This document shows positions 28,699 through 38,401 of a DNA stretch of 64,000 nt, in pieces; the first letter of the stretch is position 1, and each line of letters starts with the position of its first letter. The position numbers were made by a program, and so were the translations under genes. The notes below the pieces were generated by a model. That model saw nothing but the letters and a program-made list of their open reading frames with translations. It made no database searches and had not been told where the DNA came from. The stretch comes from Alistipes sp. (GTDB taxonomy: Bacteria > Bacteroidota > Bacteroidia > Bacteroidales > Rikenellaceae). Location: contig JAGAPT010000050.1 of the NCBI GenBank assembly GCA_017623115.1, forward strand, positions 4,107-68,106. The letters are read 5' to 3'.

Positions 28699-31600
28699 AT
28701 GAAATCTTTTCTTCAAAAGATGTTAGCCATGGCTGTGATTGCGGCTATGGTGGGAAGCGTCGCTTGTAACAAGTATGACGACGACATTGACGGTTTGAAC
28801 AACCGTTTGAATGAGCTGGAAGGTAAGGTGGCCTTGAAAGCCGATTTCGATGCGTTGAAGAGTACGGTGGATGCTCTGAATGCTATTGATTTCGGTTCTT
28901 TCGCTACGGATGCCGAGCTCCAGGCAGCTATTGCTAAATGTGCTTCGAAAGAGGATATTGCTCAATTCCTCTCGAGTGAAGACATCAAAGCCCTTATCGC
29001 AAAGGCAGTGGAAGATATGACGAAAGTGGTAGAGGAGGCTGATGGTAAGTTGCAGCAGCAGATTGATGCTGTTGATGGTGCCATGAAAGGTCTGGATGCT
29101 GCTTTCAAAGCCTTCGACGCATGGACTAAGGTACAGGGTAACGTGCAGGCAGCGATTGCTGAGGCGCTGAAGCCCTATTTGTTGGCTGAAGATGCATTGA
29201 CGATTGCCGAGGTGAATGCTGTTATTGCTGAGGCCGTAAAAGATGCATTGACGGTTGAGGATGTTGAGAAGACAATCGAGGCTTGGATGGGTGCTAATTT
29301 CGCCAAGCTGATTGAGCCCTACAACACTTCGATTGCAACTGATTTGCAGGCTGAGCAAAATGCACGCAAGGCTGCTGACGAGAAGTTGCAGGCAGATTTG
29401 GAGAAGCAGTTGGCTGCCGCAAAGCAGGCACTCGAGGAGGCAGATAAGACGGCTGCCTCTAACCTGCAGAAAGAGGTAGAGGCTCTTGAGCAGAAGATTG
29501 AGGAAGCTAAGAAGGCTGCTGCCCAGAAAGATGCTGAGATTCTGGGTGAGATTGCTAAAGTAAAGGAGGCTAATAACTCGTTGAAGACCGACCTGCAGGA
29601 TGCTATTGCTGATGCAGTTGAGGAGCTCGAGGGTAAAATCGAGGCTTTGGATGCTGTTTATGCTAAAGCAGAAGATTTGAATAAGGCGATTTCGAAGTAC
29701 GATGAGGCTATCCAGAAAATCGAGGAGGCCTTAAAGAAGCTCCAAGAGAAGGTTGATGATCTGGAAGAGACTATCAATGCCCTGATTCAGAACATTACCT
29801 ATGTCCCCGACTATGCAGATGGTAAGGCTACGGCTGTGCGTTTGGTTCGTCCGATTCCGGGTGCTACGACTTTGGCAGCTACGACGCTGACTGCAGAGTT
29901 TGACATCACACCGGCTGAGGCCGCCAAGGATGTTGTCGCTATGTGGGGCGATGAGAACGAGAAGACTTCGGTTTACATGAAGATTCAGCCCGTACAGTCG
30001 CGCGCTGCAGCCCCGATTATGGTTGAGGAGGCACAGCTGACGGTAGCTCTTGTTGAGGGCGTTGAGGGTCGCATTAAGGTGACCGCCAAGGTGAAGGATA
30101 TGCCGGAGGATTACAATAGTTACATGTTTGCTTTCTGCGTGAAGAACGCCACATCGGAGGCCGCAAGTGACTATGAGGGTATTGTATTCGACGATGTTGT
30201 GGAGTATGGATATGCTTGGGTAAATGCCGAGGGTAAGTCCTATACGGAGGATGCTCGTTATGATGAAGAAATCGGCTGGATGATGTATGGCAAGAAGTGG
30301 ACTGAGGCTGCTGATTCGGGTATTACCTTCATGGAGGGTTACGAATTGGAGATGGTAGATGCCGAGGGCAAGCACTTTGCCATTGCTGATATTGAAAAGC
30401 AGTACAACCTGGTTGAGGGTGCTTTGACACCGAAGTTGGGCTGGAGTCATTTAGGTTATGCAACCGGTGATGCCTTGTGCTTGAAGGGCGAGCAGACTGA
30501 CTTAACCTTGTATATGATTTCGGAGAATCCGATTGAGATGATGCCGCACATCGGTTGTATGAATGTATTCCAGGTGGCTGCATTCGATGCGTATGTGCCG
30601 AACGTATTGTGCGCTTATGAGATTCTCGGCTCGAAGGTTGAGAATGGTACATACTATATTGAGGAGGCCGGTGACCTCTATTGGCTCTCGAAGGTGGGTC
30701 AGTATGAGGCTGCGTACAAGAACCCCGTGATTGAGTTTACGGAGGGTGCTACATTCGATATGGCCGCCTTTACCGAGGATTACGAGCCGATTCATGTGGC
30801 GTATGGCGTTATCAATGGTAATAACGCTGTTGTGAAGAACCTGACGGTCGAGGGTACGGAGAATGTAGGTGTATTCGGTTCGCTGATTGCTAACATTTCG
30901 AACCTGAAGGTGATGGACTCGAAGATTTCGGGTAACCACTGGGTAGGTGCTATTGCCGGTACGGTTTATGGTAACATTACGAACTGCGACGTGGAGAATG
31001 TCGAGGTGCTTGCTACGCCGAACGAGGTTTCCGGTGCATGGGATAATGGTGATAAGGCCGGTGCTGTGATCGGTTATCTGCCCTCCAACGATGCTGCTGG
31101 TCAGTCGTGCTTCGCTATTGAGGGTTGCGATGTAGTCAATGCCAAGGTAACCGCCTTCCGCGATGTTGCCGGTATTGTAGGTGCCGCTAATACGCTCGAG
31201 GGTCTGATTAAGAATAATTCGGTAACCGGTTCGCAGATTTTGGCCGATCAGCGTGCTTCGCAGTGGCCCGGCTATGTGAAGGATGCTAACGTAGGTTACA
31301 TTATTGGTCGACAGTTGACGCCTGCAGAGCCTTATGACTATGCCGCCACGAATAATACATGGGGTGGTACCACGTTGAAGGTGCTGTATGCTGAGGGTGC
31401 TGAACACAACCTGACTAATCTTGAGAATCCGGTTCTCGAGCTTAAGTCGGCCAACGGTTTGGCTTGGTTCTCGAACAACGTACAGAATCCGCTCTTTACC
31501 GATGTTCAAATCATGAACGATATCGACTTCGGGGGTAAAATGGCATTCGAAGAGGCTACCTTCAAGCCTATCAATAACTGGAATGGACAGCATTATCGCG

Positions 31601-32940
31601 CATTCTCGTTCAACGGTAACGGCTACACCATCTCGAACTTCACGATTGAGTCGACCGAGAAGGATCAGGCTTTGTTCGGCTCGTTTGTGGGTGATATCAA
31701 GAACGTGAAGATGAACAATGTCGAGGTAACCGGTTTGGGTCGTGTTGCCGGTATTGCTGCCCAGTTGTGGGGTAATATCGACAACTGCTCGGTAACGAAT
31801 GGTGTATTCACGGCTGTTGTAACGAACAATGACGATGGTGATAAGGTTGGTGCTATTGTTGCACAGATGCAGGATCCCAACACGATTACGAACTGCGTGG
31901 TTGACAATGTTGAGATCAACGGTTATCGTGATATGGGTGCTATTGCCGGTATGGCTAATATTGCAGCCTGGGATGGCTCGAACAAGGTGACCAACACCAC
32001 CATCTGGATCGACCAGACGATGACTTACGCAGGTACACACACGCCGTTTGCCAACGAGAGTGAGTATGTAGGTCGTCAGACCGGTGTTGAGGTCCCGGCC
32101 GATGCTGGTGAGACGGTAAATGTCTACAATGTCGTTTACAGCGACCTCGGCAGAGAGTTTACTACCACCGCTGATGGTAGCGCACGCCTGAACAATGCTG
32201 CTGCATTCCGTCGTTTCGCTGAGGTTTACAAGAACTACTCGAGTGCATTCCTTTCGGGCCCGATTGCTCTGGAGGGTGAGTGGACTCCGATTGGTGATTC
32301 GTTTGCCAATGCTTACCAGGGTACTTTCGATGGCCGCAACTATCCGATTACCGGCTTGAAGGTGACGCAGGTTACGGAGAATTCGGGTCTGTTCGGTGTT
32401 GTACGCGGTGCGATTAAGAATGTATATGTTAAGGATGCCGAGATTTATGGCTCGCACTGGGCTGCAGTAGTTGTAGCTACGATGTATGGTCCGGTTGAGG
32501 GTTGCACCGTTGAGGGTGGCCAGGTGATTGTCTCGCCCAACCAGGTAGGTGGAGTATGGGACAATGGTGACAAGGCCGCAGCGTTGGTAGGCTATTTGGC
32601 AGCAAATGGTGCTGGTGACGACAAGGTTATCAACAACAAGGTGGATGGTGTGAAGGTAAAGGCCTTCCGTGATTTGGGTGCCTTGGTAGGTTGCGCTAAC
32701 AATATCGATGCGATGAGTGGCAACATTGTAACGAACAATGTAGTTATCGTTGACCAGCTCACGGGTCACTATGAGGGCAAAGCCGAGAATATCGGTAAAC
32801 TGGTAGGTCGCCTGGATGAGACGACTTCGGCTGCAAATGTCTCGAATAATGATTCGACATCGACGATGCTCTATCGCGTGAATGCAAGCGGAACGCAGGC
32901 ATTGGCTGCAGATGAGGTGAAGGAGATCGGTACGCTTTAG
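28699..32940 (+). CDS. Large surface lipoprotein: coiled-coil stalk (DUF4988-like) plus three GLUG-type beta-helix repeats
   Basis: Lipobox VAC at Cys23 followed by NKYDDD. Heptad-rich residues ~25-365. LIQNITYVPDY.DG. Three modules, each with D(N/D)GDK and (A/G)(F/Y)RD. Confidence 0.75.
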   Translation: MKSFLQKMLAMAVIAAMVGSVACNKYDDDIDGLNNRLNELEGKVALKADFDALKSTVDALNAIDFGSFATDAELQAAIAKCASKEDIAQFLSSEDIKALIAKAVEDMTKVVEEADGKLQQQIDAVDGAMKGLDAAFKAFDAWTKVQGNVQAAIAEALKPYLLAEDALTIAEVNAVIAEAVKDALTVEDVEKTIEAWMGANFAKLIEPYNTSIATDLQAEQNARKAADEKLQADLEKQLAAAKQALEEADKTAASNLQKEVEALEQKIEEAKKAAAQKDAEILGEIAKVKEANNSLKTDLQDAIADAVEELEGKIEALDAVYAKAEDLNKAISKYDEAIQKIEEALKKLQEKVDDLEETINALIQNITYVPDYADGKATAVRLVRPIPGATTLAATTLTAEFDITPAEAAKDVVAMWGDENEKTSVYMKIQPVQSRAAAPIMVEEAQLTVALVEGVEGRIKVTAKVKDMPEDYNSYMFAFCVKNATSEAASDYEGIVFDDVVEYGYAWVNAEGKSYTEDARYDEEIGWMMYGKKWTEAADSGITFMEGYELEMVDAEGKHFAIADIEKQYNLVEGALTPKLGWSHLGYATGDALCLKGEQTDLTLYMISENPIEMMPHIGCMNVFQVAAFDAYVPNVLCAYEILGSKVENGTYYIEEAGDLYWLSKVGQYEAAYKNPVIEFTEGATFDMAAFTEDYEPIHVAYGVINGNNAVVKNLTVEGTENVGVFGSLIANISNLKVMDSKISGNHWVGAIAGTVYGNITNCDVENVEVLATPNEVSGAWDNGDKAGAVIGYLPSNDAAGQSCFAIEGCDVVNAKVTAFRDVAGIVGAANTLEGLIKNNSVTGSQILADQRASQWPGYVKDANVGYIIGRQLTPAEPYDYAATNNTWGGTTLKVLYAEGAEHNLTNLENPVLELKSANGLAWFSNNVQNPLFTDVQIMNDIDFGGKMAFEEATFKPINNWNGQHYRAFSFNGNGYTISNFTIESTEKDQALFGSFVGDIKNVKMNNVEVTGLGRVAGIAAQLWGNIDNCSVTNGVFTAVVTNNDDGDKVGAIVAQMQDPNTITNCVVDNVEINGYRDMGAIAGMANIAAWDGSNKVTNTTIWIDQTMTYAGTHTPFANESEYVGRQTGVEVPADAGETVNVYNVVYSDLGREFTTTADGSARLNNAAAFRRFAEVYKNYSSAFLSGPIALEGEWTPIGDSFANAYQGTFDGRNYPITGLKVTQVTENSGLFGVVRGAIKNVYVKDAEIYGSHWAAVVVATMYGPVEGCTVEGGQVIVSPNQVGGVWDNGDKAAALVGYLAANGAGDDKVINNKVDGVKVKAFRDLGALVGCANNIDAMSGNIVTNNVVIVDQLTGHYEGKAENIGKLVGRLDETTSAANVSNNDSTSTMLYRVNASGTQALAADEVKEIGTL

Positions 32941-32963
32941 TCCGATTAGCCTTTTCGAAAGGT

Positions 32964-32996
32964 AAGGGTTGTCCGACGATATGTCGGACAACCCTT
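32964..32996 (+). terminator. Intrinsic terminator after the large lipoprotein
   Basis: 14-bp perfect stem AAGGGTTGTCCGAC / GTCGGACAACCCTT followed by TCTT. Confidence 0.85.
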
Positions 32997-33127
32997 TCTT
33001 GGTTGAGCGTAGAACGTTTGGTTTTTGGGGTGAGGAAATATCGAATAGAAAAATTCCAAAACGGAATAGAGCGGTTTGAAAAAAGTGGAGAAATAGCCCT
33101 CAGAGGCGCAAAAAACGCCATTTTGGG

Positions 33128-33158
33128 TTTGAAAATACAAAAAAGGGGGTTACCTTTG
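33128..33158 (+). promoter_or_regulatory. Sigma-A promoter of the AraC gene
   Basis: TTTG (33128-33131), 19 nt, TACCTTTG (33151-33158). Confidence 0.65.
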
Positions 33159-33186
33159 TCTACCTTAAAACTGAATCTTGGAGTCT

Positions 33187-34092
33187 ATGAACACCCATCT
33201 AAATTTAGACACTGCGATTACAGCCTATACGTTGGCCGACCTGGCAAAGTATTCATCCATGCCGGTCCAGATGATGTCGCACGAGTGTCATGCAATGGTC
33301 GATGGCTCCTTGTTGCCATTATTCCACTCGCCGGGGCGGGTCGATGCCTACTTGATTGGCGTATGTACAGCCGGTGAAGCGGTTGTGTCGATTAACATGC
33401 AGGAGTATACCCTCAAACCGGGAACCCTTTTCACCTTGGCACCCGGCCATTTGTTCCAAATCCATGAGATGGAGCAGGCACGAGCTCACATGCTCAATGT
33501 CTCCTCTTCGTTCTTCGCACGTATCCATGTCGACACGAAACAACTGATGCCGCTTTCGGTGCTGGTTGGCAAGCCTTGTCTGCCTATCGATGCTGAAAAT
33601 CAGTCGATTTTCGCGGATTGTATCCGTGCTCTTTCGCGTGAATTGAACTTTACACAAACCGCCTTTACCAACGATTTGATTGCTTCGATGATCTCCACCA
33701 CGATTTATAAGGTGGGCGACATCATCCACCGTGGCCTGCACCTTGCACCGCAGGTCGGTGCGCCGGGGAATCGTGCCGAGGACTATTTCAAACAGTTTAT
33801 TGACCTGCTGGCTATCTATTTTATTCGTGAGCGCACGGTTAGTTTCTATGCCGACAAACTCAATATTACGCCTAAATATCTCACGACACTTATCAAGCGT
33901 GTCAGTGGACGTTCCGTCTCGGAATGGATTGATAGCTATGTCATCGTCGAGGCTAAAATGATGCTGAAGTTCTCCGATCGCAGCATTCAGGAGATTGCCT
34001 CCGAACTGAACTTTGCCAACCAATCCTTCTTCGGCAGTTACTTCCGTCGCAATACGGGCATGTCGCCGTCGCAGTATCGAGCCAAGAATTAG
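33187..34092 (+). CDS. AraC family transcriptional regulator
   Basis: C-terminal double HTH: VSFYADKLNITPKYL, SIQEIA.EL.F.NQSFF..YF...TGMSPSQYR. N-terminal cupin-like region. Confidence 0.92.
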   Translation: MNTHLNLDTAITAYTLADLAKYSSMPVQMMSHECHAMVDGSLLPLFHSPGRVDAYLIGVCTAGEAVVSINMQEYTLKPGTLFTLAPGHLFQIHEMEQARAHMLNVSSSFFARIHVDTKQLMPLSVLVGKPCLPIDAENQSIFADCIRALSRELNFTQTAFTNDLIASMISTTIYKVGDIIHRGLHLAPQVGAPGNRAEDYFKQFIDLLAIYFIRERTVSFYADKLNITPKYLTTLIKRVSGRSVSEWIDSYVIVEAKMMLKFSDRSIQEIASELNFANQSFFGSYFRRNTGMSPSQYRAKN

Positions 34093-34106
34093 GCTCAATT
34101 TGCTAA

Positions 34107-34133
34107 AAGGGGCTGCCATTCGGGCAGCCCCTT
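34107..34133. terminator. Bidirectional terminator between the AraC gene and tamL
   Basis: 11-bp stem AAGGGGCTGCC / GGCAGCCCCTT with A/T flanks, between convergent genes. Confidence 0.8.
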
Positions 34134-34157
34134 GTTTTCTGTCGCCGCTTGTCGTGG

Positions 34158-36530
34158 TTAGAAGGGATAACCCACGCCAAAATTCAGTGCTGTGTTGCGC
34201 CAACTGAATTTGCGAATCCAGCGGTCGCCACTCGGGCGGTTGGGGTTGTGTAACTGGACACCCCAGTCGAGGCGCAGGACAGCAAATTTGATGTCGAAAC
34301 GGATCCCCAGACCGGTGTTGAAACCCAACTGCTTGTAGAAATCCTTTACGTGGAAGACGGCAGCTTCGGAGTACTCTGCGGGATTCGACTTCATATACCA
34401 AATGTTACCCAAATCGAAGAACGTCGCTCCATGGATAATGCCCCATACGGGGAAGCGCACTTCGAGGTTAGCCTCGAGTTTCATATCACCGAGCTGGGTC
34501 GGGAACGAGGAGGTTACCTCGGGCACCGAACCCGGACCGAGGGTGCGGGGTGCCCAACCGCGCATGCTGTTGCTGCCACCGGCATAGAAAAGACGGTCGA
34601 AAGGCACTGCGTCGGCATTGCCATAGGCCTTGGCTACACCGCCATAGATACGTCCGGCAATGGAGCTCTTTTCGCCCAGCATGATGCGACGGCTCAGGCT
34701 TAAGTCGGTGCGGAAATATTGCGAGTAGCGAATACCGAAGATCTCGTAGTGGTCTTGTCCCGACTTCTTGTTGGCAAAGAGGTGCATGAGGCCATCGATG
34801 AGGTTGCCCGAGGTCTCCGCATTGAAGCGGATGACCGTTGCGTTTCCGCCCAGATTGCGCCGTTGGTTGTTGAATCCATAATTGAACGAGAGGCCGGCGA
34901 TGAGCTGGGTGGTGTAACTATTGACCAGATATTGATTCTGGGTCTGATTCAGGAATTCGGGGTCCAGTCGTCCTACATTAATCACATGGATGTCAATCGG
35001 TCGCAACATGAAGGTCGAGTAGCGGTGGTTGCTCCATTGGTAGCTGAACGTAGCACTGGTCAGTGTGCGACGATAGTAGGGACGGTTTTGGAAGTTGACC
35101 GAGAGTTCGAGTTTGGTCTTGGGCTGTACGATGGAGGTGTAGCGGCGATTGCTCGGGAGGAGCAGGAAGCGCGGGAAGGTCAATCCGGCCGTGATGCCGA
35201 CCTCTGTGGCACGGCTCATCGAAGCATCCTTCGCCTTCATAAACTCATAACCACCCGTAAACGAGAGGTCGAGAGATTCGGCTCCTCGGAAGATGTTGCG
35301 ATTTTGGTAACCTACGGTGGCTTTCAGTCCATAGAAACTCGATGTGGTCGACCCCTCGAGTTCGATTTTGGCACTCTGACGCAGGGTCGGCGTGCAGTAG
35401 ATGTCGCAGTCGAGGACCCCTTCGGTGGAGTGGCGAATCAGCTCCTGCTCGCCATAGTCGTCGACCACGCGAATGGTATCGGCAACGGCAACCCGCTCTG
35501 CCTGCTCGGTAAATGAAATTTTGGCACTGCGGAAGAAACTGAGTGCCATCAGGTCGGAGTAGGTGCGGTTGATGCTTTCGACGCTGTATCGGTCGTCGCT
35601 GTCGAGTGTGACGGCCTGGCGCAACACCGAGGGACGCAGGTTGGGCTTTCCGTGATAGAGGATATTCAACCCGTCGTATCGCAGCGTGTCGGCTGCGGGT
35701 GCCGGCTGGTCGGTGGTGGAGGGATTGTAGTCGGTGTGAATGTTGATGCGCCCATAGCGATAGATGGTGTTAGGCTCTAAAATCGCCTCACCACGCGCAT
35801 TGTAACCCGCCAGATGGGGCTTGATGACCATGCGCAATCCCACTTGCCGTGCTTTGCCCAGCGTGTCGGCTACATACTCGATATTCCCGACCGAGAAGTC
35901 GTAATAGCCTTGCTCCTTCAGCGAGGCGGTGATGCGCTCACGCTCGGCGTCGAGCACCGTGATGTCGAAGCGGTCGCCGATATGCAGCAGCGTGTTGACC
36001 GTGTCGGCCAGGACGAGCGGTTCGAGATTCGCATCACGGAACTCATAGTCGATGCGGTCGATGCGATAGGGTGCATGTTGCGCTACGCGGTAGGTTACCT
36101 TGGCTCGTTTCGGGCGGGAGGTCGTATCTACCTCAAACGAGGAGGCGGAGGCAAAATAGCCCTTCGAGTCCATGAAAATCTTCAGGTTCTGGGCACTGCG
36201 TCGGGTGTAATCCATGTTGAGCAACACGGGCTCTTGTCCGACGCGACGCTTCCAGTTGTTCCACCCGTTATGCTTGGCACTATCGGCCTGCTCGTAGAGC
36301 CAGACGTAGAAATTCGTGCCCAGCAGTCGTTTGTTGGGGGTTTGGCGGATGAATTTGGCAAGTTCCTCCTTCGGGATACGCTCTTTGTGATGTGTCTCGT
36401 GGTCGGTTTCGATGTGTACCTTGCTGAGCAGATATGCCCCCTCGGGGATATGGCGCGTCACGCTGCACGCTGACCCGATAAGGGCCATCGCACAGATGAG
36501 CAGGTAGAGGCAAAGGCGACGCATCGACAT
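34158..36530 (-). CDS. tamL: Omp85/TamA-like lipoprotein (TamL type)
   Basis: Lipobox SAC, POTRA-like region, NRNIFRGAE, GGSNSMRGW, GLGIRFD..FAVLRLDWG, C-terminal GVGYPF. Confidence 0.8.
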   Translation of the reverse strand: MSMRRLCLYLLICAMALIGSACSVTRHIPEGAYLLSKVHIETDHETHHKERIPKEELAKFIRQTPNKRLLGTNFYVWLYEQADSAKHNGWNNWKRRVGQEPVLLNMDYTRRSAQNLKIFMDSKGYFASASSFEVDTTSRPKRAKVTYRVAQHAPYRIDRIDYEFRDANLEPLVLADTVNTLLHIGDRFDITVLDAERERITASLKEQGYYDFSVGNIEYVADTLGKARQVGLRMVIKPHLAGYNARGEAILEPNTIYRYGRINIHTDYNPSTTDQPAPAADTLRYDGLNILYHGKPNLRPSVLRQAVTLDSDDRYSVESINRTYSDLMALSFFRSAKISFTEQAERVAVADTIRVVDDYGEQELIRHSTEGVLDCDIYCTPTLRQSAKIELEGSTTSSFYGLKATVGYQNRNIFRGAESLDLSFTGGYEFMKAKDASMSRATEVGITAGLTFPRFLLLPSNRRYTSIVQPKTKLELSVNFQNRPYYRRTLTSATFSYQWSNHRYSTFMLRPIDIHVINVGRLDPEFLNQTQNQYLVNSYTTQLIAGLSFNYGFNNQRRNLGGNATVIRFNAETSGNLIDGLMHLFANKKSGQDHYEIFGIRYSQYFRTDLSLSRRIMLGEKSSIAGRIYGGVAKAYGNADAVPFDRLFYAGGSNSMRGWAPRTLGPGSVPEVTSSFPTQLGDMKLEANLEVRFPVWGIIHGATFFDLGNIWYMKSNPAEYSEAAVFHVKDFYKQLGFNTGLGIRFDIKFAVLRLDWGVQLHNPNRPSGDRWIRKFSWRNTALNFGVGYPF

Positions 36531-36535
36531 CACAA

Positions 36536-37282
36536 CTATTGGTTGAAGAATCCGCGCTCTTTGAGCAAGGCGAAATAGCTCTGGGAGAGGTTCAGATTAT
36601 CCTGTGCCGTATAGCGACGCTCGGTGAAGATTTGCGCTAGATTGGGCAGTCCATTCTCCTCCAAGAGCCGTTTCGTCAGTTCCGACTCCTCACGCTCGGC
36701 CCACAACTCGTCAATTTCGGCGGCCGTATAATCTTTGTACTTCTCGTAGTGTACAACAGCATCCATCGGCAGACGGTCGGTCAACTCGGGCTTTTCGTCG
36801 GGATAGCCCAAGACGATGCTCGTCAGCGGAATCACCCCCTTGGGGAGTTCCAAGGTGCGGACTATCTCGCCGGCCGTATAGATGGTTGTACCGAGGAAGC
36901 AGATGCCGAGCCCCTCCTCCTCGGCTGCGAGGGCGAGGTTCTGGGCCGCTAACATGGCGTCGATGGTAGCCGTAACAAACCAACCGAAATTGTCGTAAGC
37001 GGGTTTCGCATCACGCTGCTCGCACCACATCGAGAAGCGATGGATGTCGGCGCATACGGTCACGATGCAGGGAGCTTCGACGACCATCTGCTGTCCAAAG
37101 TGGCAGGGTAACAACTGCTCGCGCAACGCCTTGTCGCGTGTAACAATGAGTGAGTAGAGCTGCATGTTGCCACAGGTTGAGGCGCGCGATGCAGCCTCCA
37201 AAATCTGCTGCAACAGCTCTTCCTCGATTGGATTCGATTTGAATCGACGAATCGAACGGTGCTTGAAAATCGTATTATTCAT
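36536..37282 (-). CDS. Nitroreductase family (NfsA-like) flavin oxidoreductase
   Basis: HRSIRRF, RASTCGNMQLYS, DAMLAAQN..LAAE..GLG.C..G, LGYP. Confidence 0.9.
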   Translation of the reverse strand: MNNTIFKHRSIRRFKSNPIEEELLQQILEAASRASTCGNMQLYSLIVTRDKALREQLLPCHFGQQMVVEAPCIVTVCADIHRFSMWCEQRDAKPAYDNFGWFVTATIDAMLAAQNLALAAEEEGLGICFLGTTIYTAGEIVRTLELPKGVIPLTSIVLGYPDEKPELTDRLPMDAVVHYEKYKDYTAAEIDELWAEREESELTKRLLEENGLPNLAQIFTERRYTAQDNLNLSQSYFALLKERGFFNQ

Positions 37283-37294
37283 GGTTATAAATGG

Positions 37295-38245
37295 CTATTG
37301 TATGGTCTTGAGAAAGGCTTCATATTGTGCAATTTCGGCCTGGCAGGGCTCTTCGTGCTCCATGCCCACGATGCGCTCGGTGTCGATGTCGAGCGTCAAC
37401 ACTCCTTCGGCCTCATAGGTGGCATTGCCCGAGAGCGAGGTGGTGATGCTTGCCCCCTTACGATGGCAACAGCATCGCACCATGCCGCCGCTGTTGCGGA
37501 CACGTATCGGATGCTCTGTGCGACAAAGCCCCAGGAGGCAGGCCGTTGTGCTGCATGCCGTCATGGCAGTTCCGCACGAGGAGGTGAGCCCTACGCCACG
37601 CTCATAGGTGGCCGTGTAAATCTCCTCTTCATCGATGTGGCGGAAAAGACTGACATTGACCCCATGGGGTAGGAGTTCGGGTAAGGTCTTCACCTGCTCA
37701 CCAAGGCGGGTCAGCGTGTCGAGGTCGATGTGGGCGCACTCGGCCGTGAGGTGAGGATTCCCGAGGTTGAGGAAGGTGAACCGCAGGTCGGAATCCAACT
37801 CGGCAATGGGACGCCCAATCCACCCTTCGGACTCGGCTGATGGAAAATCTGCCGAGGTGAGTTGAATCCGAATATCGACCCGATAGGTCGGAATCGACCC
37901 ATAGATGGGCTCCTCCCGACGAATGGCGTGGCGCACGCCACCCGACCAAAGCGGAAACTCCGCTACCTTCTCGCCGACATAGGCTTGTGCCTGTCGTGCT
38001 ACACAACGGATGCCGTTACCACACATCTCGGCCTCCGACCCATCGGTATTGAACATCCGCATGCCATACTCGTTGCCGACGCGTACCGTGAGCAACAGAC
38101 CATCCATGCGCTCTTGGTGGGTGCAAAGGGCCTCGATGAGTGCAGGGTGGTCGGCCAATGCTTCGAGTTGCGGATGGGCAACCGCGTCGAGCATCAGAAA
38201 GCGATTCCCCGAGCCGTGGCATCGTATGTATTTGACAGATAGCAT
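37295..38245 (-). CDS. dapF: Diaminopimelate epimerase
   Basis: HGSGN.F, FNTDGSEAEMCGNG.RC, GNPH, NV, ERGVG.T.SCGT. Confidence 0.93.
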   Translation of the reverse strand: MLSVKYIRCHGSGNRFLMLDAVAHPQLEALADHPALIEALCTHQERMDGLLLTVRVGNEYGMRMFNTDGSEAEMCGNGIRCVARQAQAYVGEKVAEFPLWSGGVRHAIRREEPIYGSIPTYRVDIRIQLTSADFPSAESEGWIGRPIAELDSDLRFTFLNLGNPHLTAECAHIDLDTLTRLGEQVKTLPELLPHGVNVSLFRHIDEEEIYTATYERGVGLTSSCGTAMTACSTTACLLGLCRTEHPIRVRNSGGMVRCCCHRKGASITTSLSGNATYEAEGVLTLDIDTERIVGMEHEEPCQAEIAQYEAFLKTIQ

Positions 38246-38401
38246 CTTCCTAACTTATCCGGCGCATTGGCGCACATTATCGAATTTCAAAAGTACAAAT
38301 AAAAACAGGAAATTTCAAATCCATAAGGTGCAACTTTCATCGTAAAAGGGCTGGGATTCGAAAAAAAATGCGTAACATTGCAATCACTAATCAGATAAGC
38401 A

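Noticed and set aside
30502-32991. 829-aa antisense ORF (and 28723-29358, 29731-30450) opposite the giant lipoprotein
   Set aside because: Mirror-frame shadow ORF caused by avoidance of TTA/CTA/TCA codons in the sense gene. No recognisable motifs, and the composition is typical of antisense translation.
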